Assembly: GCA_964633095.1 (NCBI GenBank)
Contig: CAZWDK010000002.1
Coordinates: forward strand, 8,871-49,790
DNA: 40,920 nucleotides
DNA from: an uncultured Polaromonas sp.
Lineage (GTDB): Bacteria > Pseudomonadota > Gammaproteobacteria > Burkholderiales > Burkholderiaceae_C
Direction of reading: 5' to 3'
Part shown: piece after piece, positions 1-9,969 of the stretch
Numbering within the stretch: position 1 is the first letter of the stretch
Layout of the letters: each line of letters begins with the position of its first letter
Program-made: the position numbers and the translations under genes
The notes under the pieces: generated by a model
Databases searched by the model: none
Told to the model about the DNA's origin: nothing
Seen by the model: the letters and a program-made list of their open reading frames with translations, nothing else

Positions 1-737
1 CCTGTCGCAATGCCTGTTCCTGTCGCAGGCCCGGCACCGCCATGGCTCCCGGCGCCAGGGCTGCCGCCCAGTTTTGCGGCAGAGGGCGTGCGCTTGACCA
101 GGGGCCGCAGATCAATTTCGACCATCACGCCTTGCTGAGCCAGAAACTCATTGGTCGCGTGGTAGCTCTCCAGCAGATGCCCGGCCATGCCATCCTGGAT
201 CAAGTCCTGCACCATCACCCAGACTTCCCGCGGCAACAGTGCCCGCGTCCACTGTTCAACCATATGCTGCGCCAGCACCTCGGGACGAAAAATGTCCTGC
301 TTGTGCAGCTCGGGGATTGCCTCCAGATTTTGCACGCGCAGCCGCAGGTCATTGAGCTCCCAGCTCGCAAAATCCAGCATGCGCAGCGCCAGCCGCGAGG
401 CGAGGATTTTGTCCTCCATCACCTCGTCGCCCATCAGCTCGAATTTATGGCTCTCGCTGAATCGGGATGGCGCCGTGCTGGCAGGAATGGCTTGCGCCTT
501 GGCCCAGGCGCTGCTGGTGCCCCGGACCCACGCCGCGCCGCCTTTCTGGAAGGCCTGCCAGGCATCGCGTCGCTCCTGCATTTCACGTGCCCCGCCGGCC
601 TGACTCTCCAGCGTCGACAACCGGCCCTGAATCGCTTTGGCCAGCTCGGGCAAGATCCGTACGGCACGCTGCGTGAACACCGCACGTGCCTGCTCGGCCA
701 GAAAACTGTTCTTTTTGTGAGCTGGAACCACGACCAC
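1..737 (-). CDS. DUF1631-like protein, 5' part (runs off the left edge of the window)
   Basis: Absent from the ORF track because it has no stop in the window. My translation from GTG 737 (or 731) is open to the edge: VVVVPAHKKNSFLAEQARAVF...MGDEVMEDKILASRLALRMLDFASWELNDLRLR...YHATNEFLAQQGVMVEIDLRPLVKRTP. Directly downstream of secF on the same strand. Family recalled from memory. Confidence 0.7.
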   Translation of the reverse strand, partial: MVVVPAHKKNSFLAEQARAVFTQRAVRILPELAKAIQGRLSTLESQAGGAREMQERRDAWQAFQKGGAAWVRGTSSAWAKAQAIPASTAPSRFSESHKFELMGDEVMEDKILASRLALRMLDFASWELNDLRLRVQNLEAIPELHKQDIFRPEVLAQHMVEQWTRALLPREVWVMVQDLIQDGMAGHLLESYHATNEFLAQQGVMVEIDLRPLVKRTPSAAKLGGSPGAGSHGGAGPATGTGIAT

Positions 738-760
738 CCTGAGTAGTTGGAATCTATAGC

Positions 761-1714
761 TTACACCGTGGCCCCTGCATTCGGGTCGTTGGGGTCTTCG
801 TCCTTCTTGGCCGGCGCCTTGACCAGATCTTCCCGCTTGATGCCCAGCCACATGGCAATGGCGGCGGCCACAAACACCGAGGAGTAAATACCGAACAAAA
901 TGCCAATGGTCAGGGCCAGGGCGAAATAAAACAGGGTAGGGCCGCCAAACAGCAGCATGGACAACACCATGATCTGGGTCGAGCCGTGGGTAATGATGGT
1001 CCGGCTGATGGTGGAGGTAATCGCGTTGTCGATGATCTGGACCGTGTTCATCTTCCGGTAACGGCGGAAGTTCTCCCGGATCCGGTCAAAAATCACCACG
1101 GATTCATTGACCGAATAACCCAGCACCGCCAGCACGGCGGCCAGCACGGCGAGCGAAAACTCCCACTGGAAATAGGCAAAAAAACCAAGAATGATGACCA
1201 CGTCATGCAAGTTGGCAATGACGGCGGCCACCGCATACTTCCACTCGAAGCGAAAGGCAAGGTAGATCATGATGCCAAACACCACCATGGCCAGGGCCTT
1301 CAGGCCGTCGTGGGCCAGCTCTTCGCCCACCTGGGGACCGACAAACTCGGTGCGGCGCAGCGTCACATCGCTGTTGGCGGCCTTCAGCGCCGCCAGTACC
1401 TGCTCACTTTGCTGGGCCGTGCTGACGCCTTTTTTTGCCGGCAAACGGATCATCACATCGCGCGAGGTTCCGAAATTTTGCACCTGCACATCGGTCAGGC
1501 CCAAACCCGCCACGGTGCCGCGGATTTTTTCGACATCGGCCGCCTGGGTGTAACTGACCTCCATCAGGGTGCCGCCGGTGAACTCGACCGACAGGTGCAG
1601 GCCACGCGAGAACAGGAAAAACACCGCCAGCGCAAAGGTCGCAAAACTGATGACGTTGAAGATCAAGGCATGCCGCATGAACGGGATATCGCGCCGGATT
1701 TTGAAGAATTCCAT
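761..1714 (-). CDS. secF: Protein translocase subunit SecF
   Basis: LSVEFTGGT, FVGPQVGEEL, GYSVNESVVIFDRIRE and SRTIITHGST motifs; follows secD. Confidence 0.97.
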   Translation of the reverse strand: MEFFKIRRDIPFMRHALIFNVISFATFALAVFFLFSRGLHLSVEFTGGTLMEVSYTQAADVEKIRGTVAGLGLTDVQVQNFGTSRDVMIRLPAKKGVSTAQQSEQVLAALKAANSDVTLRRTEFVGPQVGEELAHDGLKALAMVVFGIMIYLAFRFEWKYAVAAVIANLHDVVIILGFFAYFQWEFSLAVLAAVLAVLGYSVNESVVIFDRIRENFRRYRKMNTVQIIDNAITSTISRTIITHGSTQIMVLSMLLFGGPTLFYFALALTIGILFGIYSSVFVAAAIAMWLGIKREDLVKAPAKKDEDPNDPNAGATV

Positions 1715-1754
1715 CGAGGGTCCTTGGGAATAGCTCAGGGAAAAAGGGCTGGCA

Positions 1755-3629
1755 TTATTTGGTCACGGCAGTGGACCCGGGCGCCCGCCACACCGTGCCG
1801 ATGGACACGGTCTTGAGCTTTTTCTGGCGGCCATACCAAAGATTGACCAGGCCGCGCGAGAAAAACACCGCCGAGAACATGCTGGTCAAAATCCCTATGC
1901 AATGCACCACGGCAAAACCACGCACCGGACCCGAGCCAAAGGCCAGCAAGGCCAGGCCCACAATCAGCGTCGAGGTGTTGGAATCCAGAATGGTGGCCCA
2001 GGCCCGCTCATAACCCGCATGAATCGCCGCCTGCGCGGAGGCGCCATTGCGCAATTCCTCGCGCACCCGTTCGTTGATCAGCACATTGGAGTCAATCGCC
2101 ATACCCAGCGCCAGTGCCATGGCCGCCATGCCCGGCAAGGTCAGGGTCGCCTGCAGCATGGACAGCACCGCCACCAGCAGCAGCAGGTTGACGGCCAGCG
2201 CCAGGCCCGAAAACAGGCCAAACAGCATGTAGTAAGCCGCCATGAAGGCCACTATCACCAGAAAGCCCCAGGACACGCTGTGAAAGCCCTTGGAGATATT
2301 GTCGGCACCCAGCGTCGGGCCGATCGTGCGCTCTTCAATGATTTCCATGGGCGCGGCCAGCGAGCCGGCACGCAACAGCAGCGCCAGGTCGTTGGCTTCA
2401 CCGACGCTCATGGAGCCGGAAATCTGGAAGCGGTTGCCCAGTTCGCTCTGGATCACCGGCGCCGTCAGCACCTCGCCCTTGCCCTTTTCAAACAGCAGGA
2501 TGGCCATGCGCTTTTTGAGGTTTTCACGGCTGGTATCGCGCATGATGCGCCCGCCCTTGGCATCGACCGTCAGGTCCACCTTGGGCTGCTGGTTCTGGGA
2601 ATCAAAGCCGGGCTGTGCATCGGTCAGGTTTTCACCGGTCAAAATCACCTGCTTCTTGACGACCACGGCCTGCCCATTGCGCTCGAAAAAGCGCTCTGCG
2701 CCAAACGGCACCGGGCCGGTGTTGTTCTCTGCGGCGCGCGCCTCGGCGCCGTCCTCCACCAGCCGCATCTCCAGCGTGGCGGTGCGCCCGAGAATGTCCT
2801 TGGCCTTGGCCGTGTCCTGCACGCCGGGCAACTGCACGACGATGCGGTCTATGCCCTGCTGCTGAATCACCGGCTCGGCCACGCCCAGCTCGTTGATCCG
2901 GTTGTGCAGCGTCACCATGTTCTGCTTGAGCGCCTGGTCCTGAATCCGTCGCGCCGCTTCGGGCTTGATGCTGGCCGTCAATTTGTAGTCGGTGCCTTCG
3001 GGCACCTCGACGCTCTGGAGATCCGGAAACTGGTCCTGAATCAGCACCCTGGCGGAGGCCAGTGTGGCGGAATCGCGGAACTTGATCTCTATGGCCTGGG
3101 CGTTGCGGCTGATGCCGCTGTGCCGGATGTTTTTTTCCCGCAGCGACATACGGATGTCGCCGGCCAGGGATTCGGCCCGCTTGGTCAGCGCCGCCTGCAT
3201 GTCCACCTGCAGCATGAAGTGCACACCGCCGCGCAGGTCCAGCCCCAGGTACATGGGAAAAGCGCGCAGCGAAGTCAGCCAGGTGGGCGAACGCGACAGC
3301 AGGTTCAGGGCAATCACATAGGCGGAATCCGTGGCGTCCGGGACCAGGGCCTTCTGCACCGCATCCTTGGCTTTCAGCTGCGTGTCGGTGTCGCCAAAAC
3401 GCGCCTTGATGGAATTGCCATCCAGGGTGATGGCATCGGCCGCAATGCCCGCATCCTTGAGCGCCTGCTCCACCCGGGCCAGGGTCGTGCGGTCAATCTT
3501 GACGGTGGACTTGCTGCTGGAGACCTGCACCGCCGGTGCTTCACCGAAAAAGTTGGGCAGCGTGTACAGGGCTGCGATCAAAAGCATGGCCGCAATGAGG
3601 GCGTACTTCCAGGCCGGATAACGATTCAT
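1755..3629 (-). CDS. secD: Protein translocase subunit SecD
   Basis: LGLDLRGGVHF, RINELGVAEP, IGPTLGADNI and DSNVLINERVREE motifs. Confidence 0.97.
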   Translation of the reverse strand: MNRYPAWKYALIAAMLLIAALYTLPNFFGEAPAVQVSSSKSTVKIDRTTLARVEQALKDAGIAADAITLDGNSIKARFGDTDTQLKAKDAVQKALVPDATDSAYVIALNLLSRSPTWLTSLRAFPMYLGLDLRGGVHFMLQVDMQAALTKRAESLAGDIRMSLREKNIRHSGISRNAQAIEIKFRDSATLASARVLIQDQFPDLQSVEVPEGTDYKLTASIKPEAARRIQDQALKQNMVTLHNRINELGVAEPVIQQQGIDRIVVQLPGVQDTAKAKDILGRTATLEMRLVEDGAEARAAENNTGPVPFGAERFFERNGQAVVVKKQVILTGENLTDAQPGFDSQNQQPKVDLTVDAKGGRIMRDTSRENLKKRMAILLFEKGKGEVLTAPVIQSELGNRFQISGSMSVGEANDLALLLRAGSLAAPMEIIEERTIGPTLGADNISKGFHSVSWGFLVIVAFMAAYYMLFGLFSGLALAVNLLLLVAVLSMLQATLTLPGMAAMALALGMAIDSNVLINERVREELRNGASAQAAIHAGYERAWATILDSNTSTLIVGLALLAFGSGPVRGFAVVHCIGILTSMFSAVFFSRGLVNLWYGRQKKLKTVSIGTVWRAPGSTAVTK

Positions 3630-3725
3630 GGGAGAGCTGTTCCTGGTGGACGGATGAACAATAAGAGGCCTTGCCGACCCCAGCGGGCCGTCAAGGCCTT
3701 GGCAACGCCGTGATGAGCGCCTGGC

Positions 3726-4067
3726 TTATTTGGCGGTACTGATCGCGCCCTTGGGCAGCACCTGGACGATGGCGCTGCGCTGCAGCTGCACTTCCACGCC
3801 GGGAGCGAGTTCCAGCGTCAGGTAGGCGTCACCGAGCTTGGTGACCTTGCCGAGCAAGCCGCCCGCGGTGGCCACTTCATCGCCCTTGGCCAGCGCCTCG
3901 ATCATGGTGCGGTGCTCTTTTTGCTTTTTCATTTGTGGGCGAATCATCACAAAGTACAGCACCACAAACATCAACACCAGGGGCAGCATGCCGGTCAACG
4001 AGGACATCATGTCGCCTCCTGCGGCGGCGGCGGGAGCGGTTTGGGCAAATGCAGAAGAAATGAACAC
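3726..4067 (-). CDS. yajC: Preprotein translocase subunit YajC
   Basis: LYFVMIRPQMKKQKEH...KGDEVATAGGLLGKV; start placed at GTG 4067 because a GGAG lies just upstream. Confidence 0.95.
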   Translation of the reverse strand: MFISSAFAQTAPAAAAGGDMMSSLTGMLPLVLMFVVLYFVMIRPQMKKQKEHRTMIEALAKGDEVATAGGLLGKVTKLGDAYLTLELAPGVEVQLQRSAIVQVLPKGAISTAK

Positions 4068-4180
4068 GGCTAACTCCACAATGATTGAAAAAACGGACAA
4101 GCGCTCCGACCCCGAGGCCAGAGCGCAACGTCCCTGATTGTATGCGGCGGGCGGCTACAAGAAGTTGTAGATGGCAGGTT

Positions 4181-4201
4181 CCCGGCTATTTTCAAGCCGG
4201 G
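4181..4201 (-). terminator. Hairpin between the oxidoreductase gene and yajC
   Basis: CCCGGCT-ATTTTCA-AGCCGGG inverted repeat; no strong U tract. Confidence 0.3.
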
Positions 4202-4256
4202 CTTACCCGCCTATCGCGGCCCCTGACAGCCCCGCACCGGAGGGAACGTGCAGGCT

Positions 4257-7200
4257 TTAGGCGGCCCGCTGTTGCCGGGCAGCGGCTGCGGGCTGGCGGA
4301 AGGACTGCATCAGCGCGGCCCATTGCGGCCGCGCCGCCAACAGGTGGCGCTCCTTGACATGGCCATAACCCTTGATCAGCTCGGGGATGCGGGCAATTTC
4401 CAGGGCCAGGCCATGGTTATCCGCGCTCAGGCCGGCCAGCACTTCCTCCAGGCTGGCCTTGTACTCATCGATCAGGGCGCGCTCCATCCTGCGCTCCTCG
4501 GTGCGGCCAAACACATCGAAGGGCGTGCCGCGCAAACCCTTGAGCCGGGCCAGCAGCTTGAAGCCGGTCAGCATCCAGGGGCCGAAGGGCTGCTTTTGCA
4601 GCTCCCCCTTGTCATTTTTGGCCGCCAGCAGGGGCGGCGCCAGATGGTAGTGAAGCTTGAAGTCGCCTTCAAACATGGCGTTCACCTGGTTGAGAAAGCC
4701 GGCATCGGTGTGCAGGCGCGCCACCTCGTACTCGTCCTTGTAGGCCATCAGCTTGAACAGGTAGCGCGCCACGGCCTCGGTCAGCGTGCTCTTGCCCAAG
4801 GGCGCTTCCACCGCGCGCACCTTGTCGACGAAGGCCTGGTAGCGCTGTGCGTAGGCCGCGTTCTGGTAGGCGGTCAGGAAATCCACCCGCTTGGCCAGCA
4901 TCTCATGCAGCGCCGGCTTCTTCACGAACTCGATCACCTGGGCCGCCTTGAACAGCGCCTGCACCGCCGCCAGATCGTGCGCGCAGCGCCGGCCCCAGGC
5001 AAAGGCCGCCTTGTTGTTGTCCACCTGCACGCCGTTCAGCTCAATCGCGCGCATCAGCGCCGCATGCGACAGCGGCACCCGGCCCTTTTGCCAGGCAAAA
5101 CCCAGCATCAGCGGGTTGGTGTAAATCGAGTCGCCAATCAGCTGTACCGCCACCTGCTCGGCGTCAAAGGCGCCCAGCAGCTCCGTGCCCACCGCCGCCG
5201 TGACCGCGCTCTCGCAATTGCCGCCGGGGAATTGCCAGTTGGGATTGGTGACAAACGCGGCCGTCGGCGTGCCGTGGGAATTCATCGCCACATAGGTGCG
5301 GCCGGGCTGCATGACCGCCAGCGTGTACTTGTTGGCCGCCACAATCGGGTCACAGCCTATCACCAGGTCGGCCTTGGCGGTATCGACCTTGGTGGTGTAG
5401 ATGGCCTCGGGCCGGTTGGCGATCTGGATATGGCTCCAGGTGGCACCGCCTTTTTGCGCCAGGCCGCCGGCATCCTGCGTCACCACGCCCTTGCCTTCCA
5501 GATGGGCCGCCATGCCCAGCAACTGGCCGATGGTGATGACACCGGTGCCGCCCACGCCGCCGACCACGATGCCCCAGGCGCTTTCCGCCAGCGGCAGTAC
5601 CGGCTCGGGAATCGCCGGCAGGCTGTCCAGGCCGCCCTTTTTTTCCTTCTTGGGCTTCTTGAGGCTGCCGCCCTCCACCGTCACAAAGCTGGGGCAAAAG
5701 CCCTTGACACAGGAAAAATCCTTGTTGCAGCTGTTCTGGTTGATGCGGCGCTTGCGGCCAAACTCGGTTTCCACCGGTTCCACCGACAGGCAGTTGGACT
5801 GCACCGAGCAGTCGCCGCAGCCCTCGCACACCAGTTCGTTGATGAGCACCGTCTTGTCGGGCGTGGCCAGGGTGCCGCGCTTGCGGCGGCGGCGCTTCTC
5901 GGTGGCGCAGGTCTGGTCGTAAATGATGGCGGTCGTGCCCTTGAGTTCGCGGAACTCGCGCTGGATGCGGTCGAGCTCGTCGCGGTGGTACACGCCGACA
6001 CCTGGCGGCAGCGAGTCGAGCAACTCGGGGTGGCCCGCACGCGCGGGGCTGATCGGGCCGGTGTGCATACGGCCGTGGTACTTCTCGGGCTCGTCGGTGA
6101 CGATCACCAGCTTGGCCACGCCCTCGGCCCGCAGGCTGTGGGCAATTTGCGGCACAGAATGGCCCTCGGGCCGCTCGCCCACCTGCTGGCCGCCGGTCAT
6201 GGCCACGGCATCGTTGTAGAGCACCTTGTAGGTGATGTTGACCCCGGCGGCAATGCTCTGGCGAATCGCCAGCAGGCCGCTGTGAAAGTAGGTGCCGTCG
6301 CCCAGGTTGGCAAAGACATGGCGGTCGGTCGTGAAGGCGGACTGGCCGACCCAGGTCACGCCTTCGCCGCCCATCTGGGTGAAGGTCGAGGTCGAGCGGT
6401 CCATCCAGGTCGCCATATAGTGGCAGCCGATGCCGGCCACGGCGCGCGACCCCTCGGGCACGCGCGTACTGGTGTTGTGCGGGCAGCCGCTGCAGAACCA
6501 GGGGGCGCGCTCACCGGTGTCGACCGTGATGTCGGCCATGGCGCGCTCGCGCGCCTCGATGATCGCCAGCCGCGTTTCCATGCGCGCGATGATGTCGGCG
6601 GGCACGCCCAGCTTGTTCAGACGCTTGGCGATCGCCTTGGCGATGATGGCGGGCGTCAGGTCGGCCTTGGCGCGCAGCAGCCAGTTTTCGCTCGGGTTGG
6701 GCCTGGACCATTCGCCGCCCGAGGCATCGCCCTCGGGCTCGTCGAACTTGCCCAGCACGTTGGGCCGCACGTCGGCGCGCCAGTTGTAGAGCTCTTCCTT
6801 GAGCTGGTATTCGATGACCTGGCGCTTTTCCTCCACCACCAGAATTTCCTGCAGGCCCTCGGCAAAGTCGCGCGTGATGGTGGCCTCCAGCGGCCACACC
6901 ACATTGACCTTGTGCAGGCGTATGCCCAGTTGGTGGCAGGTGTCTTCGTCCAGCCCCAGGTCGGCCAGGGCCTGGCGCGTGTCGTTGAAGGCCTTGCCGC
7001 TGGCGATGATGCCGAAACGGTCTTTCGGCCCGGCAATCACGTTGTAGTTGAGCCGGTTGGCGCGGATATAGGCCAGCGCGGCATACCATTTGTAGTCCAT
7101 CAGGCGCGCCTCCTGCTCCAGCGGCGCGTCGGGCCAGCGGATGTGCAGGCCGCCCGGCGGCATCTGGAAGTCCTCCGGCAGGATGATCTTCACGCGGTCC

Positions 7201-7880
7201 GGATCGACCGAGACCGAGCTCGAGGACTCCACCACCTCCTGGATGGTCTTCATGCCCGACCAGACGCCCGAGAAGCGGCTCATGGCAAAGGCATGCAGGC
7301 CCATGTCCAGGATCTCCTGCACGCTGGACGGGAAAAACACCGGCAGGCCGCAGGCCTTGAAGATATGGTCGCTCTGGTGCGGCGCGGTGCTGCTCTTGCT
7401 GATGTGGTCGTCGCCGGCAATCGCGATCACGCCGCCGTGCCTGGCCGTGCCCGCCATGTTGGCATGCTTGAACACGTCGGAGCAGCGGTCCACGCCCGGC
7501 CCCTTGCCATACCAGATGCCGAACACGCCGTCGAATTTTTTCGTCTGCGGGTACAGGTCGAGCTGCTGCGTGCCCCAGACCGCGGTGGCGCCCAGCTCTT
7601 CATTGACGCCGGGCTGGAACACGATGTTTTGCGCCGCCAGGTGTTTTTTGGCGGCCCACAAGGCCTGGTCATAGCCGCCCAGCGGTGAGCCCCGGTAGCC
7701 GCTGACAAAACCGGCGGTGTTCAGGCCGGCGATCGCATCGCGCGTGCGCTGCAGCATGGGCAGGCGCACCAAGGCCTGCACGCCGCTCATGAAGGCCCGG
7801 CCGTGGTCGAGTGCGTATTTGTCGTCCAGTGTGACGGTTTCCAGCGCTTGGCGGATGTGCTCGGGCAAGGGGGCGTTCAT
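4257..7880 (-). CDS. Indolepyruvate ferredoxin oxidoreductase family protein (fused alpha/beta)
   Basis: SGYRGSPLGG, WFCSGCPHN, TPP-binding GDGTYFHSG...N, CEGCGDC ferredoxin motif, GVGGTGVIT, GLAQKGG, AYKDEYEVARL. Confidence 0.93.
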   Translation of the reverse strand: MNAPLPEHIRQALETVTLDDKYALDHGRAFMSGVQALVRLPMLQRTRDAIAGLNTAGFVSGYRGSPLGGYDQALWAAKKHLAAQNIVFQPGVNEELGATAVWGTQQLDLYPQTKKFDGVFGIWYGKGPGVDRCSDVFKHANMAGTARHGGVIAIAGDDHISKSSTAPHQSDHIFKACGLPVFFPSSVQEILDMGLHAFAMSRFSGVWSGMKTIQEVVESSSSVSVDPDRVKIILPEDFQMPPGGLHIRWPDAPLEQEARLMDYKWYAALAYIRANRLNYNVIAGPKDRFGIIASGKAFNDTRQALADLGLDEDTCHQLGIRLHKVNVVWPLEATITRDFAEGLQEILVVEEKRQVIEYQLKEELYNWRADVRPNVLGKFDEPEGDASGGEWSRPNPSENWLLRAKADLTPAIIAKAIAKRLNKLGVPADIIARMETRLAIIEARERAMADITVDTGERAPWFCSGCPHNTSTRVPEGSRAVAGIGCHYMATWMDRSTSTFTQMGGEGVTWVGQSAFTTDRHVFANLGDGTYFHSGLLAIRQSIAAGVNITYKVLYNDAVAMTGGQQVGERPEGHSVPQIAHSLRAEGVAKLVIVTDEPEKYHGRMHTGPISPARAGHPELLDSLPPGVGVYHRDELDRIQREFRELKGTTAIIYDQTCATEKRRRRKRGTLATPDKTVLINELVCEGCGDCSVQSNCLSVEPVETEFGRKRRINQNSCNKDFSCVKGFCPSFVTVEGGSLKKPKKEKKGGLDSLPAIPEPVLPLAESAWGIVVGGVGGTGVITIGQLLGMAAHLEGKGVVTQDAGGLAQKGGATWSHIQIANRPEAIYTTKVDTAKADLVIGCDPIVAANKYTLAVMQPGRTYVAMNSHGTPTAAFVTNPNWQFPGGNCESAVTAAVGTELLGAFDAEQVAVQLIGDSIYTNPLMLGFAWQKGRVPLSHAALMRAIELNGVQVDNNKAAFAWGRRCAHDLAAVQALFKAAQVIEFVKKPALHEMLAKRVDFLTAYQNAAYAQRYQAFVDKVRAVEAPLGKSTLTEAVARYLFKLMAYKDEYEVARLHTDAGFLNQVNAMFEGDFKLHYHLAPPLLAAKNDKGELQKQPFGPWMLTGFKLLARLKGLRGTPFDVFGRTEERRMERALIDEYKASLEEVLAGLSADNHGLALEIARIPELIKGYGHVKERHLLAARPQWAALMQSFRQPAAAARQQRAA

Positions 7881-8062
7881 GTTCGTGGGTCTCCAGACGG
7901 TTTGTAATGCGGCCTTGTGGGCGGGCTTGGGCGAAACCCGCCCCGGGTAGGGTCAGGCCTCTAGGCGAATGCAAAGTGTATGCCCGACAGCCTGATATGT
8001 CTTTGCTTTCTTTGCCCGATTTAGGCTGGTCATAGAAAGGATATTGCTGGAAAATACGAAAA

Positions 8063-8548
8063 ATGAATGATTTAGACAAGTTTGACATCGCCATCCTGAA
8101 TGCCCTGCAAAACGAGGCGCGCCTGAGCAACACCGAACTGGCCTCGCGCGTCGGCCTGTCGGCCGCACCCTGCTGGCGCCGCGTGCGGGCGCTGGAAGAG
8201 GCCGGCTTCATCACCGGCTACCGGGCCGAGATCAACCGCCACAAAATCGGTCTGGGCGTGCTGGCCTTTGTCCGGCTCGATGCCGACCGCAACAACGGCA
8301 ACGCCACGCGCGAGCTGGAAGAAGCCATCAAGAAGCTGCCCGAAGTCATCGCCTGCCACTACATCAGCGGCACCGGCACCTTCGAGCTGCAGGTGGTGGC
8401 GCAGGACCTCGAGACCTTCAGCAAGTTTGCCCTGCAAAGCCTGATCAACCTGCCCAATGTGAAAGACCTGCACACCAGCTTTTCGCTGGGCGAGGTCAAG
8501 GCCAGCAGCGCCCTGCCGCTGGGGCACCTGGTGCGCGCCGCGCCCTGA
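8063..8548 (+). CDS. Lrp/AsnC family transcriptional regulator
   Basis: LDKFDIAILNALQNEARLSNTELASRVGLSAAPCWRRVRALEEAG HTH; divergent from the oxidoreductase across an AT-rich spacer. Confidence 0.95.
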   Translation: MNDLDKFDIAILNALQNEARLSNTELASRVGLSAAPCWRRVRALEEAGFITGYRAEINRHKIGLGVLAFVRLDADRNNGNATRELEEAIKKLPEVIACHYISGTGTFELQVVAQDLETFSKFALQSLINLPNVKDLHTSFSLGEVKASSALPLGHLVRAAP

Positions 8549-8551
8549 AAT

Positions 8552-8612
8552 ACCAATGAAATCGAGCTTCAACCCCGATCACAAGGGCGCCAACCGCTAT
8601 CAATCAAATAGC
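8552..8612 (-). repeat. Family-2 repeat copy A (intergenic)
   Basis: GCTAT-CAATCAA-ATAGC at 8596-8612; the reverse-complement tail GGTTGGCGCCCTTGTGATCGGGGTTGAAGCTCGATTTCAT aligns without gaps to the other copies. Confidence 0.75.
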
Positions 8613-8626
8613 AAATTAAAACCCAT

Positions 8627-9814
8627 TCACCTGGGCCAGAGCACCCACAGCCGCAAGGGCTGGCTGACGCGCGCCGCCAGCTCGCCCGCCTGCGCGCCGG
8701 TGCCGGCGAAATAGTCGGCCCGCACGGCGCCCACAATGGCGCTGCCGGTGTCTTGCGCAAACACCAGCTTTTGCAGAGTGGCGGCCGCGCCCCGCGACGC
8801 CAGCCACACCGGTGTGCCGTAGGGAATGCTGCCGGGGTCGACCGCAATCGAGCGGCCCGGCGTCAGCGCCACGCCCTGCGCGCCCTTGGGGCCGAAGGCG
8901 GCATCGAAATCACTGAGGGGCTGCTCCTGAAAAAAGGTGTAGCGCGGATTGCTCCAGAGCATTTGCTGCACGCGCTGCGGATTTTTCGCAGCCCATGCCT
9001 TGGTCGACTCCACCCAGGGTGCCACCATCCGGCCTTCGCCCTGATCCTGCAGCCACTGGGTAACGCTGCGGTAAGGCTGGTCGTTGGAGCCGGCATAAGC
9101 CACCCGGACAAGGCGCTGGGAGCCGTCGGGCTCGGCAATGTTCAGCCGGCCCGAGCCCTGAATGTGCAGCGACATCGCTTCGACCGGGTCCGCCAGCCAG
9201 GCAATCTCACGCCCCCTCAGCGCAGACTTGGCCTCGGCAAGGGTGTCAATTTCCTGCCGCGAAAACCACGGTTTGCGGCTGCCCAGCGCGACCGGCGGGC
9301 GGTACAGCGGCACCTCGTAACCGGCGCCAGACTGGCGACTCGCCTTGAGCACGGGTTCATAGTAGCTTGTCAGCAAGCCATCGGCCGCGCCTTGCAGGCT
9401 CTCCACCCGGTAGGGCTGCAGCCGGCTCGTCATCCAGGCGCGCTGCTCTTCGCCGCTGGCAATGCTCAGGCGCCTGACCTCGCCGCACAGGGGGGCAAAC
9501 ACCGGGCCCGGCCGCTCGCAGCTCTTGAGCCAGGCATTCCAGGCCTCGAACAGCGCATCTTCGTCAAAGCCCGGCAATTCGGCCCAGTACACCGGAACCC
9601 AGCGGCTCTTGCCCTGCAGCAGCGGCGCGGGCAGGGGAAAGCCATCATCGGGCCGGGCCGTGGTCGCGCCAGCCGGCGCGGAGACCGCAGGCGGCGCCAG
9701 CCATGGCGGCATGGGCGGGCTGGCGCAGGACGCCAGCAGCGCGGCCACGGCGATAATTGAGGCCAGCCGCGTTGAGCGTATTGAGACCGTATTTGCAATC
9801 CAAGGAAATGTCAT
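8627..9814 (-). CDS. mltA: Membrane-bound lytic murein transglycosylase A (lipoprotein)
   Basis: Lipobox LLASC; LTSYYEP, LHIQGSG, NPRYTFF, SIAVDP, QDTGSAIVGAVRADYFAG motifs; start uncertain. Confidence 0.9.
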   Translation of the reverse strand: MTFPWIANTVSIRSTRLASIIAVAALLASCASPPMPPWLAPPAVSAPAGATTARPDDGFPLPAPLLQGKSRWVPVYWAELPGFDEDALFEAWNAWLKSCERPGPVFAPLCGEVRRLSIASGEEQRAWMTSRLQPYRVESLQGAADGLLTSYYEPVLKASRQSGAGYEVPLYRPPVALGSRKPWFSRQEIDTLAEAKSALRGREIAWLADPVEAMSLHIQGSGRLNIAEPDGSQRLVRVAYAGSNDQPYRSVTQWLQDQGEGRMVAPWVESTKAWAAKNPQRVQQMLWSNPRYTFFQEQPLSDFDAAFGPKGAQGVALTPGRSIAVDPGSIPYGTPVWLASRGAAATLQKLVFAQDTGSAIVGAVRADYFAGTGAQAGELAARVSQPLRLWVLWPR

Positions 9815-9959
9815 GGCCCTACTCCTGCTCGAAGCCCTGGGGGCGTTGCTGCTGCTGGTGTTCATTGTGTGGTGGACGATGTTTTCCGGACGTCAGAACG
9901 GCGAGCTGAAGGACGACCCGGCGCAGCCCGGGCCGGAGCCGGAATCGGATCGCAAATAA
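9813..9959 (+). CDS. Small membrane protein (48 aa)
   Basis: AAGGA RBS upstream of ATG 9813; MALLLLEALGALLLLVFIVWWTMFSGRQ... one hydrophobic helix and a charged tail; fills the gap between mltA and the response regulator. Confidence 0.65.
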   Translation: MALLLLEALGALLLLVFIVWWTMFSGRQNGELKDDPAQPGPEPESDRK

Positions 9960-9969
9960 GCCCCATCTG

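Noticed and set aside
42-746. 234-aa plus-strand ORF
   Set aside because: Antisense shadow of the minus-strand DUF1631-like gene; no recognisable motifs.
3726-4257. yajC-secDF not preceded by queA-tgt
   Set aside because: Gene-order variation only; no scar or mobile-element signature seen.
6000-6080. Extra segment HGRMHTGPISPARAGHPELLDSL in the oxidoreductase
   Set aside because: No match to either repeat family at DNA level; treated as an ordinary variable loop.
1902-7688. Long plus-strand ORFs of 603 and 1146 aa
   Set aside because: Antisense mirrors of secD and the oxidoreductase, expected from GC-rich codon bias. The same applies to the long shadows over yhdP, glnE, the RND genes, purB and the aminotransferase.
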